A stretch of DNA of 64,000 nucleotides from Candidatus Woesearchaeota archaeon (GCA_964366325.1 CAYITD010000002.1:100548-164547), one strand, 5' to 3'; counted from the first letter of the stretch, positions 47,401 through 56,813 are shown. Notes: generated by a model from the letters alone, not told the origin. A program made the numbers and translations.

Positions 47401-47478
47401 CCCAGTTCGATTCACTTCAATGCGTAAGTATTGAAGTTACCAGGAGCTTTGCTCACGAGTATGGGTGGGGGGATTTTT
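47401..47478 (+). repeat. Copy of the tRNA-Tyr 3' end interrupted by a 48-nt structured insert (R1)
   Basis: cccagttcgattc (47401-47413) + insert (47414-47461) + tgggtgggggga (47462-47473); matches tRNA 47307-47331 at 24/25 once the insert is removed. Confidence 0.85.
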
Positions 47479-47515
47479 CACAAATTATATAAACCTCATT
47501 TTATCTTAATTAAAC

Positions 47516-47731
47516 ATGCAAAACGAACAAATAATTATGAATAAACTAGATGTAATAAAGGCAGAACTTGATTACATAAAAGAACATATGGTTGATGTAG
47601 ATACTATTCTAACTTCTGAAGAAGAAGAAATATTAGAGCAAAGTATAAAAGAATTTAAAGAAGGAAAGACCACCTCTTTAGAAGAACTTGAAAAAGAGAG
47701 GGAAAATGCTAAATATAGAGTTTTCAAATAA
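47516..47731 (+). CDS. Putative antitoxin of the RelE pair
   Basis: Small acidic protein, DTILTSEEEE...SIKEFKEGKT.SLEEL; overlaps the toxin start. Confidence 0.8.
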   Translation: MQNEQIIMNKLDVIKAELDYIKEHMVDVDTILTSEEEEILEQSIKEFKEGKTTSLEELEKERENAKYRVFK

Positions 47732-47963
47732 CTCTAAAAAATTTCTTGAAAATTGTGATGATAAATTGTACAACCGGCTAAATGAAAAGATAAAAGAATT
47801 AGCTCTCGATCCATATCCTAAAGACAGGAAAAAAGTTGAAGGGAGAAAAGAAAAATTATTCAGGGTAAGAGTCGGCAACTACAGAATTCTCTATATTGTT
47901 TTTAGTGATAAAAATACATTATTAATCTCAGATATAGACAAAAGAGATTCCGTTTATAATTAA
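47706..47963 (+). CDS. relE: RelE/ParE-family toxin
   Basis: IEFS..SKKFL, L..DPYP, KKVEG, FRVRVGNYRILY, IDKR..VY. Confidence 0.9.
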   Translation: MLNIEFSNNSKKFLENCDDKLYNRLNEKIKELALDPYPKDRKKVEGRKEKLFRVRVGNYRILYIVFSDKNTLLISDIDKRDSVYN

Positions 47964-47975
47964 ATTCTTAAACAG

Positions 47976-48016
47976 CAGAACAGAAAAATTTTATTCGGGT
48001 TAGGTTGGGGGATTTT
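47976..48016 (+). repeat. Degenerate tRNA-3'-end-like repeat (R2)
   Basis: cagaacagaa...ttcgggttaggttgggggatttt, similar to R3 and to the 3' part of R1. Confidence 0.7.
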
Positions 48017-48447
48017 CACTCCATATAATCTTCTTCCTCAATCTCATCTAATAAATCTTTAACACCATAAATTTTGATTTCTTTCTGTTTATTAAAATGG
48101 TCATCAAAAGACCATATTCCATCTGCATTTATTGCTAAAGCTGTTGCAACGAAAGAAGAATCTTTAATATCTATATCTTTCATTATCTCTTCTGCTTTTT
48201 CCAAATATGGTTTTATTTCGGCTTTTGAAACGAGGGTTATACTATCCAACAATAAATCTCGCAATTTTCCAAATTCCTCTTTAGTATATCCAGATTTTGC
48301 TGTTAATTCTATCCTATATTTCTCAATTTCTTCAAGAGCATCTTCTGGCAAAAAGAACTGGAATTTTTTAGATATCAAAATCTTCCTAACAGTAGAGTCT
48401 CTAATCAATCCTGCAATTAGAACATTAGTATCAATTACTCTTTTCAT
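48016..48447 (-). CDS. vapC: PIN-domain (VapC-like) toxin
   Basis: [29 protein letters not shown]. Confidence 0.9.
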   Translation of the reverse strand: MKRVIDTNVLIAGLIRDSTVRKILISKKFQFFLPEDALEEIEKYRIELTAKSGYTKEEFGKLRDLLLDSITLVSKAEIKPYLEKAEEIMKDIDIKDSSFVATALAINADGIWSFDDHFNKQKEIKIYGVKDLLDEIEEEDYME

Positions 48448-48664
48448 CCTTTAATCTAGCATATAACCCTTTTTTTATTTTTTCATTAATTTCTTCAACA
48501 TCTTTCATAGTTAATTTACTCTTTGAGGCAATTTTATCCATAGTTTCTAATTTCCTTACCTGTTCAACTATTGCTGCTCTAGCTACTTCGCTCCATCTCA
48601 TTTCTCTATGTTTTTTCATAACTACATACACTTCCTCTGGTATTGATAATGTTACATTGGGCAT
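48431..48664 (-). CDS. RHH-type antitoxin (VapB-like)
   Basis: [11 protein letters not shown]....MKKH.E..WSEVAR.AI. Confidence 0.85.
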   Translation of the reverse strand: MPNVTLSIPEEVYVVMKKHREMRWSEVARAAIVEQVRKLETMDKIASKSKLTMKDVEEINEKIKKGLYARLKDEKSN

Positions 48665-48674
48665 TTTTCTTCTC

Positions 48675-48695
48675 TGTGATATCACATTAATCACA
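48675..48695 (-). promoter_or_regulatory. Operator palindrome of the vapBC operon
   Basis: tgtgatatcaca (48675-48686) plus an extra atcaca half-site (48690-48695), between a TTTAAA box and the ATG. Confidence 0.65.
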
Positions 48696-48718
48696 TATTT
48701 AAACTTTTCTATAATCTC

Positions 48719-48761
48719 CAGAACAGAACGCTTTCGTTCGGGTTAGGTGAGGGGGATTTTT
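48719..48761 (+). repeat. Degenerate tRNA-3'-end-like repeat (R3)
   Basis: cagaacagaacgctttcgttcgggttaggtgagggggattttt, containing a gaacg-cttt-cgttc hairpin. Confidence 0.7.
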
Positions 48762-48828
48762 ATCTAGATAAATTGTTTAAACTATCATTTAACACAACAA
48801 TTAAATAATCTCCATAATTAAAAAAGAA

Positions 48829-49314
48829 ATGAAGACAGACACAAAAATATTAAGTGATTATCTATCCAGAGCGTTAGCACAACAACAAGAACTCATAAGA
48901 CTTGCAGATACAAAAGCCAGTGTTGTCTTGACCTTAATAGGAGTTATTCTCTCTTTATTTTTCAACTATTTTATTTCTAAAAATTCAGTTTCAATAATTC
49001 CAATAATACTCATAATCTCTTTGTTCGTAATCTCTGGTTTATTCTCATTCATCGCTATATATCCAAGAAAAGGGAATTCAAATGAAAAAAACTCTTTGCT
49101 TTACTACGGCTCAGCAAAAAATATTCAAAAAAATTTCCTGTCTCCTTTAATAAAAAATGAAGAAGAAAAAATAATTTCTGATTACGTAGAAAACGTAAAA
49201 TCCATAGCTGGAATAGTAGAAAAAAAATTTAATTTTCTTAGATACTCATACATCTTCCTCGCAATCGCAATCTTAATAAAAATAATAGTAGAATTCTCGT
49301 CATGGATTAAATAA
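48829..49314 (+). CDS. Pycsar effector-like membrane protein (DUF5706/PycTM-like)
   Basis: IRLADTKASVVL, TM helices, AIYPR, SLLYY, I...KF..LR.S plus C-terminal TM. Confidence 0.75.
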   Translation: MKTDTKILSDYLSRALAQQQELIRLADTKASVVLTLIGVILSLFFNYFISKNSVSIIPIILIISLFVISGLFSFIAIYPRKGNSNEKNSLLYYGSAKNIQKNFLSPLIKNEEEKIISDYVENVKSIAGIVEKKFNFLRYSYIFLAIAILIKIIVEFSSWIK

Positions 49315-49487
49315 ACTGCGAATTAATCTCTACAAGGTGGCAGTAAAAACCGTCGATAATTTGGTTTAAAAACACTCTCGTGGTTAAAAATGCAATTTGA
49401 AAAATGAACTTTGCAAAGATTATATCGAAAAAAGAAAAACATTTAAATACTAGAATTATCTGAATAAGAAAGAGGTCGGACAAATAT

Positions 49488-50321
49488 ATGATAATTAAAG
49501 AAGAATTTTTGAGCAGGCTAAGAAAAATATTTGACCTCAACCTCTACGAAGCTAGAGTATGGACTGCTCTTCTCTCTCGTGGTGTTTCTACCGCAGGAGA
49601 ACTTAGTAACATTTCTGATGTACCAAGATCAAGAACTTATGATATATTAGAGTCTTTAGAAAAGAAAGGGTTCATAGTTATGAAGATAGGTAAACCAATA
49701 AAATTTGTTGCATTGAAACCTGAAGAGGTAGTTGAAAGAGTTAAGAAGAATTTAGTTATAAATGCGAATGAAAAAGCTAAAAGACTTGATCAATTAAAAG
49801 AAGATGATGTACTTGATGAACTTACAGGTTTATTCGAGAATGGTGTCAAGTTTGTCGAACCATCTGACTTATCAGGAAGCCTAAGAGGAAGACAGAATAT
49901 GCATAATCATCTAGATATGATGATTAGAAATGCAGAAAAAAACATAACCATAGTTACTACAGAAGATGGTTTAAACAGAAAGTTTGAAGCTTTAATGCCT
50001 TCTTTAGAAAAAGCAAAAAAACGTGGTGTTTCTTTGAAAATAGCTGCCCCTATAACAGAAAATAATATTAAAGTAGCAAAAACGCTATCTAAAATAGCAG
50101 AGGTTAGAGACACTTCAACTAAACCAATAAAGGGCAGATTTACAATAATAGATGAGCAACAACTCATGTTAATGTTAACAGATGATAGCAACGTTCATCC
50201 TAATTATGATGTAGGAGTTTGGATATCAACAGACTACTTTGCCAAAGTAATGAATAATATGTTCGAAAGTACCTGGAAAGATCTTACACCTTTAGCAAAA
50301 CTTAAGGTCAAAGATAATTAG
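49488..50321 (+). CDS. TrmB-family transcriptional regulator
   Basis: LNLYEARVW..LL, TAGELS..SDVPRSRTYDILESLEKKG, P.KF.A..P. Confidence 0.92.
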   Translation: MIIKEEFLSRLRKIFDLNLYEARVWTALLSRGVSTAGELSNISDVPRSRTYDILESLEKKGFIVMKIGKPIKFVALKPEEVVERVKKNLVINANEKAKRLDQLKEDDVLDELTGLFENGVKFVEPSDLSGSLRGRQNMHNHLDMMIRNAEKNITIVTTEDGLNRKFEALMPSLEKAKKRGVSLKIAAPITENNIKVAKTLSKIAEVRDTSTKPIKGRFTIIDEQQLMLMLTDDSNVHPNYDVGVWISTDYFAKVMNNMFESTWKDLTPLAKLKVKDN

Positions 50322-50416
50322 TTTTTTCTTAAAAGTTTGAATTGTTAAGCACCCATACAACTTTCACTAGTTAGTAAATTATAAAGAGGCTAGACTTTTT
50401 ATCCTAAGACGCCTAA

Positions 50417-51022
50417 CTACGTTTCTCTATGGATAATAATTATATCCTCATCTGTTCCCTGAGCTTTTCTTGCTTCTTCAAAAATTTCTCTTTTAATTGG
50501 TAAAAAAAGTCTAGGATCATCCAATCCATGATTATGAACATACATATTCTCGTCATCGTATCCTACAATTGGAACAAAATGACCCTGATAACCTTTTTCT
50601 CTTGTACCTTTTACAATGTTCCAATCCAACAAAATTATAGCAATACTATCTTCACTTATTTTCTGCAAAAGTTCTTCTAAAGACATTACTTTTTTCTCTA
50701 CCATTACTCCTGCAGTTTTAGCATCCTCAACTATTTGTTTAGATTGTTGAATAGCATCAGAATACCTTTGATAAAACTCAAGTTTTAAGTTATCTTCATT
50801 AAAATAAATATGTTTAGAAAAGAAATCAGTCTTATATCCTAACGAACTTGCCACAGTCGCTAATTGAATTGTACTTACTCCTTTGCCTTCTTTTATTCCT
50901 GTTCTTTGTTCAAGAACATCTAAACTTACCTCTTGACCAAAGTATGCTAAAACCATTCGTAATGCTACGGGACCACAATTAAGCTTGGTGGTTTGCTTGT
51001 AAAAAGGAACTTCCAATCTCAT
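50417..51022 (-). CDS. C39-like cysteine peptidase
   Basis: VPFYKQ...NCGP.AL.M, GHFVPIVGYD. Confidence 0.85.
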   Translation of the reverse strand: MRLEVPFYKQTTKLNCGPVALRMVLAYFGQEVSLDVLEQRTGIKEGKGVSTIQLATVASSLGYKTDFFSKHIYFNEDNLKLEFYQRYSDAIQQSKQIVEDAKTAGVMVEKKVMSLEELLQKISEDSIAIILLDWNIVKGTREKGYQGHFVPIVGYDDENMYVHNHGLDDPRLFLPIKREIFEEARKAQGTDEDIIIIHRET

Positions 51023-51104
51023 AAAATCAAATCAAATTATAAGTTTATAATGTTTTATATGCAAAATTCTAAAAGTTTAAATATCCCTGCAAGTATAAAC
51101 ACAG

Positions 51105-51488
51105 ATGAAAAAGTCTTCAAAAGTAATCGTTGGAGTTATAATCGCAGCCATAGCTTTATTTCTTATCATAAGATCAATTCCAAATACAGAAGCTGAAGTA
51201 GGAAAATACGATACATTTGCACAATGCCTAAGAGATAGTGGTGCAAGAATGTTCGGAGCCTATTGGTGCCAGCATTGTCAGAATCAAAAGAAAATGTTCG
51301 GCTCAAGTGCTAGTAAAATTCTATACGTTGAATGTGATCCTAGAGGAGACAATGCCAGACCAGATTTATGCCAAGAAAACAATATTCAAGGATATCCTAC
51401 TTGGGTCTTCTCAAACGGAGAAAGAATAGAAGGAGAAGCAGTGTTCTCAGAATTAAGCTTTAGAACCGGTTGCCCTCTTCCTCAATAA
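51105..51488 (+). CDS. Membrane-anchored thioredoxin-like protein (VKOR-partner type)
   Basis: FAQCL...GARMFGAYWCQHC, YVEC, IQGYPTW. Confidence 0.85.
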   Translation: MKKSSKVIVGVIIAAIALFLIIRSIPNTEAEVGKYDTFAQCLRDSGARMFGAYWCQHCQNQKKMFGSSASKILYVECDPRGDNARPDLCQENNIQGYPTWVFSNGERIEGEAVFSELSFRTGCPLPQ

Positions 51489-54400
51489 AATCTTGTCCTT
51501 TCTTAACTTTAAATGAAAAGCATAAAGCAAAATAACTGAAGCTAAAAGCAACGAGTTTAGAAACATGATGATTGCAACATTAAAGTTTCTCTCAACATCG
51601 AAAAATCCAACTTGTCTCTTATCCAAACCGTCATCTCTGCCAAGAAGGATCTTATCTTTTGAAGAGTCAAAAGAAAAATCAGTTTTATTTACATAACTAT
51701 CAGTTTTATTGACACATTGAATGTTTATTTTTTTTGTCGAACTGCTTATGAAACCGTTTCCATAACCAACATCTACTCTAATATCATAATCTCCGGATTC
51801 AACATTATTAGGAATTGTAAAACTAAATTCGCTATCTTCTCTATCGTTATCTCCATATTTTTCAAGCTTAAAAGCTGTTGATTTCTGATTTAACTTTAAC
51901 TTGCTATTTGTTAAACTAACAACAACATTATTTTGATTATCTTTTCCTATATTGAAAACACTAACCTCTGAATTGATAATATCTCCGCAAATAGCATTCT
52001 CAGGAAGACTAATATCGTCAATTATAATCTTATCCTTGGATCTAACAAAATTTATAGGGATATATTCTTGATTACATATATTATCTTCGGCTGTTATAAG
52101 CAAAACATAATCATCATTTGTGTCCAAATCTTGTGGGATTTCCAAGTTAAGTTTTATATTTTCAGTTCTTCCTGACTTAACTTCTAAACTATCATCTGTA
52201 TCTGCCTCAGACTTATCTCCATCCAAATTATATATGCTTCCAGTTATCTCAAAATCTTGATCCTCAGCAAAATTATTCTTAAAACTAACTTTCAAACTCA
52301 AATTTTCAGACAAAGTTAAATCTTCTCCATCATCAGGGCTAGTTATCTCAATGCCTAGATCATTACTAAGAGTTTTACAAGAGCTGACATCTCCAAAGTC
52401 AGGAACACAAACAGAAGAACAACACAAATTATCAGTAGTATCTATTTCAGTTCCAGAACATAGCTCATTATTTGAACACAAATTCCCGCCCACTTCAGAA
52501 CAGCTAAATTCACTAGTTGGTCCAACAATAACAGTCCAATTTCTTTCAGAGCTTAAGGATCCATCGCTCAACAAAGCTCTCAAAACATAAGCTCCAATAG
52601 GTTTAGAGAAAGTGTAATCAGAAGAATTTGAATTTGTGTTCGAAACAAAAGAATCGCCTATATACCACTTAACGCCCAAATTGCTAGAGTCTATATCTTT
52701 GCCAGCAACGCTAAATCTCTTAGTTTTACCATCTATAATAACAACAGCACTGTCTCTAGGTTCATAGGAAGTGATTTGAGGAGCGTCATTTACGGGATTT
52801 ACAACAAAATTTAAGTTTTTCAAATCAAAATTCCCTTCCCTATCATTCACTTTAATCACACATAAAGCAAGACCATTATAATTAGCAGAAGACTTATAAG
52901 AAAGATATCTGCCTTCCAATTCGCAGTCTATTTTATCTTCAGTTATGACAGAAAATTCTAAAGGTTCTCCCTTGTCCAGATCAGAAGCTTCAAGAACGCA
53001 TTCTCCTTCCTCATCTTCACTTATATTCAAATTACAGTCTAACTCTCCGAATTCAGGAGCCTCTCCTTTTTCAAGGACATTAACAACTACCTTATTAGAA
53101 GTTATTTCATAATCTTGATCCATAGCGACAAAATAAATTTCTTGAGTTCCAGCGTAATTATTCATAGGGTAAAAGCTAACTTCACGGCCATTAATCTCTA
53201 TTCTCATCTTCTTAGAATCTCCTCCAGTAAATTTAAATGTCAAATTAGAATCTATATCACTAAAATAATCGTCGAGGTTAATTACATTCTCAACATCGTT
53301 ATCTTCTCCAAAGCTTAAATTCCCTATTTCTCCAGAGAACTGAGGAGCGTCATTTACAGGCAAGACATTTAAATTAATCCTGTTAGAAACAGTCTTCTTT
53401 CTACCATCAAAAGCCCAGAAAATAATCCAATCGTTCCCATTATAGTTAGGTTTTGTTGTAAACTTATGAACAATTCCATCTTCAGAAGAAACTGTTATAT
53501 TTTTATCTTCAGATGTATTTTCAACCCCAAATATTAAAAGATCATTATCTGAATCATAAAAGTATTCACTCAAGTTTAATTCAAATTCTGTATCTTCATT
53601 CCAAGATAGGTCTGGAATTTCTCTAAATTCAGGAGCCCTGTTAGCACCTTTAACTTCTAAACTAAATTGTTTCTTAATACTAAACTCGCCATCTGAAACA
53701 GTTATAGCGAAACTATAATTTCCTGCATCATCATAGGTAGTCTGCCACTTAAACAAATTATTTTCTCTATTGAATCTAGAATCATCTAGCTCATAAACTA
53801 AATCATCTCCTTCAGGATCTACAGCATCTACAGCGATCTCAACTAAGTCTCCTTCATCAAATGCATAGCTATTTTGAATATTTACAATTGGAGCGTCATT
53901 TTTACAATTTTTGAAAACATCCAAACTTGAAGGCTTTATTGTATTATCATTATCATTACAATCTAAACCGCCAACAATCAAAGCATCAAAATCATCTAAA
54001 TCTACATCTTTCAAATCGCCTCCAAGACAATCTTGGTCTGTTCCATCATAAGGAACTTCGGTAGCTCCAGGATGCACGCTAGCATCATTATCATTACAAT
54101 CTAAATCTGTCTTAAATCCATCTCCATCTAAATCTTCAGAAGAAAGTAGCCATTTCATAGAATTCTCAAAAAGCTTCTTTGTCTGTGGAGTCCAATATTG
54201 GGCATTGGCTGCACCAAAGAAAACATTTCTTTCCAACAGTGTCTTGCCATTAAGCATCCTTCTTCCCTTTTCTAATGTAGCCAAAAAAGCATCAGCATTA
54301 TTATTTACTGCTGAAACAACAATAACTGTTCCAGCTGGTTTATTACCTTTAAGATTAAAAGCAACAACATTTGGAGAAGAAGTTGTATATGTATTGAAAT

Positions 54401-54824
54401 CCAAAGGTAATCCCTGAACGATTTCATTACTTCTAGCCTGAACAGTTAAACCGGCAGGGCTTGTTTTCAAACTAAGAGCCACGCTTGACCAGCCAAAATC
54501 ATCCCCCCCATGAAATGAATTCATAGTTATTGTTTTATATTTATAATAAGAAACAACGCTAGGATCTGTGAACTTCTGATTTCCAATAATTAGTAATCTA
54601 TATTTTGAAAAATCAGTAGTAGCTATATCACTTTCAAAAAAAACTTTATAGCTATAACCCAAACTACTAATATAGCTAAGAAGTGAACTATCCACGCCCA
54701 AATCATTCTTAACTAAATAAGCAACATCTTTATCAATAGTTGCCTGAGCGCTAACATTTTGCCCAAGGCCTATTAACAAAACAAACACAAACAATAATTT
54801 TGTATATCTCCATCTATTTGTCAC
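51453..54824 (-). CDS. Large surface protein with CxDxD Ca-binding repeats, cadherin/tandem-95-like repeats, CARDB-like domain and C-terminal TM
   Basis: DCNDND..EVPYDG.DQDC, repeated (V)NDAP/NRAP motifs, C-terminal TM helix and basic tail. Confidence 0.85.
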   Translation of the reverse strand: MTNRWRYTKLLFVFVLLIGLGQNVSAQATIDKDVAYLVKNDLGVDSSLLSYISSLGYSYKVFFESDIATTDFSKYRLLIIGNQKFTDPSVVSYYKYKTITMNSFHGGDDFGWSSVALSLKTSPAGLTVQARSNEIVQGLPLDFNTYTTSSPNVVAFNLKGNKPAGTVIVVSAVNNNADAFLATLEKGRRMLNGKTLLERNVFFGAANAQYWTPQTKKLFENSMKWLLSSEDLDGDGFKTDLDCNDNDASVHPGATEVPYDGTDQDCLGGDLKDVDLDDFDALIVGGLDCNDNDNTIKPSSLDVFKNCKNDAPIVNIQNSYAFDEGDLVEIAVDAVDPEGDDLVYELDDSRFNRENNLFKWQTTYDDAGNYSFAITVSDGEFSIKKQFSLEVKGANRAPEFREIPDLSWNEDTEFELNLSEYFYDSDNDLLIFGVENTSEDKNITVSSEDGIVHKFTTKPNYNGNDWIIFWAFDGRKKTVSNRINLNVLPVNDAPQFSGEIGNLSFGEDNDVENVINLDDYFSDIDSNLTFKFTGGDSKKMRIEINGREVSFYPMNNYAGTQEIYFVAMDQDYEITSNKVVVNVLEKGEAPEFGELDCNLNISEDEEGECVLEASDLDKGEPLEFSVITEDKIDCELEGRYLSYKSSANYNGLALCVIKVNDREGNFDLKNLNFVVNPVNDAPQITSYEPRDSAVVIIDGKTKRFSVAGKDIDSSNLGVKWYIGDSFVSNTNSNSSDYTFSKPIGAYVLRALLSDGSLSSERNWTVIVGPTSEFSCSEVGGNLCSNNELCSGTEIDTTDNLCCSSVCVPDFGDVSSCKTLSNDLGIEITSPDDGEDLTLSENLSLKVSFKNNFAEDQDFEITGSIYNLDGDKSEADTDDSLEVKSGRTENIKLNLEIPQDLDTNDDYVLLITAEDNICNQEYIPINFVRSKDKIIIDDISLPENAICGDIINSEVSVFNIGKDNQNNVVVSLTNSKLKLNQKSTAFKLEKYGDNDREDSEFSFTIPNNVESGDYDIRVDVGYGNGFISSSTKKINIQCVNKTDSYVNKTDFSFDSSKDKILLGRDDGLDKRQVGFFDVERNFNVAIIMFLNSLLLASVILLYAFHLKLRKDKILLRKRATGSKA

Positions 54825-55521
54825 GAGCCCTCCCCACTCTCTTCTTTTCTATTTTTTTATTGGAAGGCATAATTTTCTTTCCATTTACTTTTACATTCTT
54901 TGCAGTTTTCTTAACATAAAATATCAGCAAAATAACAAAGACTATAGCTAAAACTAAAGTTGAAATTGTCAACAAAACCAAAGGAGAAATTCTGCTTCCA
55001 CTTGTGCTTCCTAAAGAACTTTCTGAATCGCTTTCATCGTTAGTTTCCTCTTCATTATCATCTGAACCTCCAAAACCAAAAAATCCTCCGTTTTCATCTA
55101 CATCTTCTTCGTCAGCATTTCCTTCTTCAGATACAATAAAAATAACTGTAGAAGTTAACCCAACCCCATTTTTCTCTCCTTCGACCGTATACTGAACTAA
55201 AATTTTATTTTCTGTTGTGCCAACTTCATTCGATTTTATAGTAAAATAAGCTTTCTTCTCTTCTCCTGGTTGAAGTGAAAAATTGCTCTCTCTTAATTTA
55301 ATAGTTTTTTCCAAATCCCCAGAGGGTCTCATCTCAACTCTAACAACTCCATCATTTGGGTTTTTTACAAGAATGTATCTTTCGACAACTTCGCCAACAG
55401 CAGCATTCAATACCATTCTGGAATTTCCGATACTAGCAGTCACAGCCTCTGCTCTAGCAAAAAGCAAAAATGACAATAGCAGCATCGTCAAAATCAAAAA
55501 CTCAATTTTTTTATTTATCAT
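54814..55521 (-). CDS. Secreted Ig-like protein with C-terminal TM anchor
   Basis: Signal peptide, TASIGNSRMVL, F.LQPGEEK, acidic linker, TM helix, basic tail. Confidence 0.75.
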   Translation of the reverse strand: MINKKIEFLILTMLLLSFLLFARAEAVTASIGNSRMVLNAAVGEVVERYILVKNPNDGVVRVEMRPSGDLEKTIKLRESNFSLQPGEEKKAYFTIKSNEVGTTENKILVQYTVEGEKNGVGLTSTVIFIVSEEGNADEEDVDENGGFFGFGGSDDNEEETNDESDSESSLGSTSGSRISPLVLLTISTLVLAIVFVILLIFYVKKTAKNVKVNGKKIMPSNKKIEKKRVGRARDK

Positions 55522-55679
55522 TTTATATTATTACTTTAAAATAACACTTAAAGTTCTTTAAAAACTATACTATACTCTAGCATATAATTTATGTAGTTAC
55601 TCATCAAGATTACAAACATCAATTTAATTTTATAAATTTTAAAAAATAATCCACTATAAAAAACAGTAGTTAAAAATAA

Positions 55680-56813
55680 TTAATGGTTCTCGTAACCGCT
55701 GTGATCGTCATTCATCCAATTGTCTGTCCCATCAGTCCAATTTTGCACATCATCTTGATCGTTAGCTAAAATTCTTACAACTTCTGACACAGTAACATCA
55801 GCATTTTCAGAAGTAACATCAAAGACAGAAGCTCCAATCATTCCATCACTAACAAGAAGAACATGTTTCTGTCCAGCTTCATAATTTCTGTTATCCGCTC
55901 CATTAGCCGAAAACATCTTCAAAGAGTTATCATTTAAACCTTCTCCTGTAACAGCAAAAAGTAATCTTCCACCATTAACCTCGTTGTAATCAAAAACATG
56001 ATGCTCAGGATTATCTATAGGAGTTTCAAGATTCTCTCTAACATCCATCAAATTGCCAGAATTGTCGGTCATTAATGTATAAAATCTTATGTCAGTAGAT
56101 TCATCTTGGTTAGAAGTCATAGGATCATCCATTGCTCTTCCTAATTGCATTGAAGCGTTTCTGATTATCTTTCCCTCTAAACCACCATGGTGTCCGTGAT
56201 GTCCATCATCATCACCCTGATGAGAACCATCGTAATGAGTAGGTGTATCCGTCAAAGTAATTTTATTACCTTTTGCACCACTGGTATCAAAACCCCACAT
56301 ATCGAGCATAACTGAGCCAACATTTTCATACTCTGTTCTTATGCTGACAATCCCTCTAGACACATCACCTATACTAGCAAAATCATAAGTCACTGTATCT
56401 CCCTTAATAACTGCTCTAAAACTAGATTTCCCATCTTTAATATCATAACTCACTTTAGTTCCATCACTAAAATCAGCCTCAAGCTCATCAACTTTCCCTT
56501 CAAGCTCTTCTCTAACACCGTTATACTCTACAGCTGCTTTATCAGAATATGGATCAGTAGGAATTCTCAAGTTAAAATTGCGACCATTAAATTCATATCC
56601 GCAAAGGTTTCCATCTTTATCCACTGTAGAAACTATTCTTTCACTCTCATCGTCAACTCTTCCATTACTATAAACATATTCTCCACTCTGTAACGTAGTC
56701 TTAGGAGGTGAATTCATAGAGCCACAACCAGCAGAAACAAGAGCAGCAAGACCAACAACAGCTCCACCAACGGTAGAAGCAACTTTACTAACGTAATTTC
56801 TATAACTCATCAA
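55680..56813 (-). CDS. Putative lipoprotein, acidic, with His-rich loop
   Basis: LAALVSAGC lipobox-like signal; HYDGSHQGDDDGHHGHHGG. Confidence 0.7.
   Translation of the reverse strand: MMSYRNYVSKVASTVGGAVVGLAALVSAGCGSMNSPPKTTLQSGEYVYSNGRVDDESERIVSTVDKDGNLCGYEFNGRNFNLRIPTDPYSDKAAVEYNGVREELEGKVDELEADFSDGTKVSYDIKDGKSSFRAVIKGDTVTYDFASIGDVSRGIVSIRTEYENVGSVMLDMWGFDTSGAKGNKITLTDTPTHYDGSHQGDDDGHHGHHGGLEGKIIRNASMQLGRAMDDPMTSNQDESTDIRFYTLMTDNSGNLMDVRENLETPIDNPEHHVFDYNEVNGGRLLFAVTGEGLNDNSLKMFSANGADNRNYEAGQKHVLLVSDGMIGASVFDVTSENADVTVSEVVRILANDQDDVQNWTDGTDNWMNDDHSGYENH

Noticed and set aside
47283-47492. 69-aa ORF
   Set aside because: Overlaps the tRNA-Tyr 3' half and repeat R1; no protein features
47400-48762. 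R1-R3 as a CRISPR array
   Set aside because: Repeats are degenerate, separated by 500-700 bp containing genes, and there are no cas genes
49307-49540. 77-aa minus-strand ORF
   Set aside because: Overlaps the TrmB start and promoter region; no recognisable motifs
50326-51084. ttct(t)aaaagttt(g/a)aat on both sides of the C39 peptidase gene as a target-site duplication
   Set aside because: Imperfect and almost entirely A/T; plausible by chance in this genome
51453-51488. Overlapping 3' ends of convergent genes (also 5269-5288 and 36893-36896)
   Set aside because: Ordinary for compact genomes
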